From Lama glama (taxonomy: Eukaryota), in the NCBI GenBank assembly GCA_028534125.1, contig CM052822.1, forward strand, positions 67,518,001 to 67,582,000: a stretch of 64,000 nucleotides of DNA, given 5' to 3'. Positions 61,105 to 64,000 of this stretch are shown here, piece after piece (positions within the stretch are counted from its first letter, which is position 1; each line of letters opens with the position of its first letter). A model generated the notes under the pieces. That model was given only the letters and a program-made list of their open reading frames with translations, ran no database searches and was not told the origin of the DNA. Both the position numbers and the translations under genes were made by a program.

Positions 61105-61881
61105 TGGTCTCAGTTGTACCTGCAGGATTTTAATTTGTGGAGCTGACTGAGTGACGCCGAGGAGAGGTCAATGCCATAGAAAGAAGTTTTTTATTACTCA
61201 CAGTTCCTGAAAGGAGGGCACACCACACCCACAGGGCCACACGGGGAAGTTCCGGGTTGGGTCAGGAGGGAGGCAGGAGGAGCCAGGAGAGCCTGCGCCA
61301 GGGCCTGGACCGTGTTTTCTGCGGGCAAGACAAGGCAGGACAGGTAAGCAGCTTAGGACCGACTAGTCTGGAAAATGCCGGCAGGCTTTGCTAAGGGCTG
61401 TCTCTTAGTTGTCTGATACCTGGCCCTCCGGTGACGCAGGGCAGGGGAAATATTGGCTTGATGTGTGAGAGTCTGATAAAGAATGGGGCTGGTCTGCAGT
61501 ATGGGCTCTGGACCAGATCGTTTGCATATGAAAAGTGTGCTGCAGGGCGAGCCCTTCACTATCTCCAAGAGCTGGCTAGTCCTGGGACGGGCAGCCTCTG
61601 CCCAGTGAGTGACGCCACGTGTGCCAGAGCATCAAGAATACAGAAAATAAGGCAGGGAAAGGGTACAGCTCAAAGTGGTAGAGCACACGCTTACCATGCA
61701 TGAGGTCCTGGGTTCATTCCCTAGTACCTCCCCTAAAAAAAGCAAATAAACAAATAAACCTAACTACCTCCCCCCACAAAAAAAAAAAAAGGAATACAGA
61801 AAATAAGATAATACAGTTGGCCTTCTGATGAACGGATGCCAAAGACACAAATGTAGAATCTTAGAAAACCCAGTTAGAGCA
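61105..61881 (-). mobile_element. MER76/MER74-like ERVL solo LTR inserted in the L1 3' UTR
   Basis: ttttaatttgtgga...tttattactcacag...cagggccacacgggga; splits the L1 motif ccttgaaaac with a duplicated cctt. Confidence 0.7.
61652..61791 (+). mobile_element. vic-1-type SINE inserted in the LTR
   Basis: Perfect 16-bp TSD gaatacagaaaataag at 61636-61651 and 61792-61807; polyA tail. Confidence 0.95.
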
Positions 61882-62339
61882 GCCTTGAAAACATCGTGCT
61901 AAGTGAAAGAAGCCGGTCACAAATGACCACGTATTCCATTTATATGAAACGTCCAGGATAGGGACATCCACAGGTACAGAATATAAATCAGTAGTTGCCA
62001 GGAGCTGGGGAGAGAGGAGAATGCGGAGTAACCACCAATAGGTATGGGGTTATTTAGGGGTGATGAAAAATGTTCTAAAATTAGACAGTGATAAATGTAC
62101 AACGCTATGACTATCCCTAAAACCGCCGTACATTTCAAGGGGTGACATGTATATGTGTAAACTATATCTCAATAAAGTTGTTATTTAAAAAAAAAATACA
62201 AAGGCAGAGAGGTGTTTAATATGTTCGCAAACAAGACATCGGTAGAAGAGGAGTGTTGCTACCATTTATTCTCAGCTCTCCAGTCTCCCAGATTTTCTAG
62301 CTAGAGATGAGGATTCAGGCAAGACCTCAACATTAACCC

Positions 62340-62980
62340 AGTAAACAAGAGGCTCCCTGTGATATCTGAGCAGGAGAATAACACCACAAAAATACTGTTT
62401 CACAAGATTACTCTAAGAGTTGAGCACGGTGCCGACTGGAGCAGGGAAGGCTAGAAGGAGGAACACCAAAAGGAAGGCCACTGAGAATGATTCAGACAGA
62501 GGAAGGTGGCTTAGAAATCACCATAAAAGATGATTAGAAAAGCAAGCCAGAGTGAGCAACGCCTGGAGACTGGTGACATGGAGAGAGGAAAAGATGTGTC
62601 AAAATGATCCTTAAGGCTGTGAGCCTGGGGAAGATGGTGTTGCCATTGACAGTGAAAGACAAACCAGAAAATGTGAGAATTAGGGCACAGAGGAGACTCA
62701 CAGCCCAGTAGTAAGAGAGAGCTGCCTAATGAATAAGAACCAAAGTGTTCCTTGATGCCCAAGGTCACTCAGAAATGTTTCAAGCAGCTTATTAAACAAA
62801 GACCACTAGGAAAGTTATGTGGGAAGTGGGATTGCAGGGATGGTGGGTGAGAAAATGAACTATATTACACTGGGCTGCTGGCAGGACATCCTAGTGATTG
62901 CCAGGCAATTTAAGATTGGAAAATGAGTAATAAATTGGGGCTAGAGAGAACAATTTGGTAGTCATCAGGAGATTTTTTAA
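62340..62980 (-). mobile_element. L2 fragments
   Basis: ggaagatggtgttgccattgacag; ttggggctagaga...ttggtagtcatcag. Confidence 0.55.
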
Positions 62981-63374
62981 AAATATGAAAAATAGAACTT
63001 TGTAAAAAAAAATTACTGGGAACTTGAACAGAGAAAATTAAACATTAACTAAGTTCTACCTCCCACTTAACAGGTACTACATGAGAGTATTTTCCAAAAT
63101 GATTAGAAGGTAGTCCTGACTTTCCAGAATTTTCCAGATGGGTGAAGACTAAAAACAATATGAACAAAAATGTCTGGAACACAGATGAAATAGTTTTGTC
63201 TAGAGAGCTTTCCTGGGATTGAGGATTAGGAGGAAAAGGGAAAATCAAAACGGAGAGAAACAGAATTCAAAGAATGAGAAGGTAGTTAACAACATCTAAA
63301 GTAAAGAACAGAGACTGCCAGCTTTGATCAGAAAGCAATGGTGGGGGGGGTAGCCTCAATAAAAATTTAAGATT

Positions 63375-63570
63375 AGAAGCTTAAAAAGCTGAAAGGGGAA
63401 GATGGAAGTTGTCTTCAAATATATCAAGAGAAAAAAATACATATGTATCTATATCTGTGTTGCTTTGGAAGGAAGAATTAAGACTGATGGAAGAAACTAA
63501 GATTTTTACCCAGTAAAACAAATTTTCTAACAATGAGAGCAATCCAACAATGGAATGGCCTTATGGGAGA
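63375..63570 (+). mobile_element. CR1/L3 3' fragment
   Basis: gttgtcttcaaatat...ttttctaacaatgagagcaatccaacaatggaatgg. Confidence 0.65.
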
Positions 63571-64000
63571 GCGTGGCTGGGGTTTGCGTGGGTAGACCAT
63601 CTGAGTTCACATGGGTAGGTCCCCCGGGTTCACAGGGGTACACTATACATCTGGAGAATTGGTTACTACTCATAAGAGAAGGGATGGGAGCAGCAAGGTG
63701 TGGAAGGGAAGACTAGGGGTCTCAACTGAGGGTTGAAGGACTAGGGGGGAAAGGTGAAGAGAAGCTAATCAAAGGGCGTGGGATTTAGAGTGAGGCTTAG
63801 GCACCCATTCCTGTGCGAGACTGAATTGCCCAAGTGGAGAAACTCCAGATGGGCCTGATCCTTCAGTAAAGCAGGTGGGGCCATCACCAGTGGTGACAGG
63901 AGGCTGGAGGGTGGGCGGGGGGGACACCAAGGACTTCCAAGAGCCGGGAGGGTTTCAAAACAAATTGATCTGAAGTAACAATGAGGTAAAGCACAGGTGG

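Larger units (their letters stand above)
59110..62197 (+). mobile_element. 5'-truncated L1MB-type element: decayed ORF2 (RT to C-terminus) and 3' UTR
   Basis: ORF remnants [49 protein letters not shown] and LYSENYKTLLKEIKEDLNKWKDIP are L1 ORF2, with many frameshifts and stops; ends ctcaataaagttgttatttaaaaaaaaaa. Confidence 0.95.

Noticed and set aside
1-64000. CRISPR array, operon or prokaryotic defence system
   Set aside because: The sequence is mammalian and repeat-rich, with no regularly spaced repeat-spacer array and no gene-dense segment.

Overview
Mammalian genomic DNA, almost certainly camelid (Camelus/Vicugna/Lama). The evidence is five tRNA-Ala(AGC)-derived vic-1-type SINEs and two near-identical young L1 3' ends. 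I find no recognisable protein-coding gene; the only ORFs I can name are decayed L1 ORF2 (RT) remnants at about 59.1-61.1 kb. About half of the window is identifiable interspersed repeat: L1 of several ages, HAL1, L2, CR1/L3, MIR, MaLR/ERVL/ERV1 solo LTRs and hAT elements (MER5, MER33, MER58, MER63, MER53, MER115/Zaphod), often nested. There are six assembly gaps. Non-repeat highlights: (1) the tail of a CpG-rich promoter-like region at the left edge; (2) a candidate spliced exon at 2951-3226; (3) an orphan CpG island at about 29.95-32.17 kb with outward-facing core-promoter modules around a C-rich degenerate 15-mer repeat; (4) motif-dense enhancer candidates at about 5.5, 20.5, 39.8, 50.2 and 57 kb. 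The layout resembles my recollection of the region upstream of JUN (JUN-DT/LINC01135/Junos), but this is an unverified hypothesis. Repeat family names come from remembered consensus sequences and boundaries are approximate. I see no convincing evidence of a novel multi-gene biological system.
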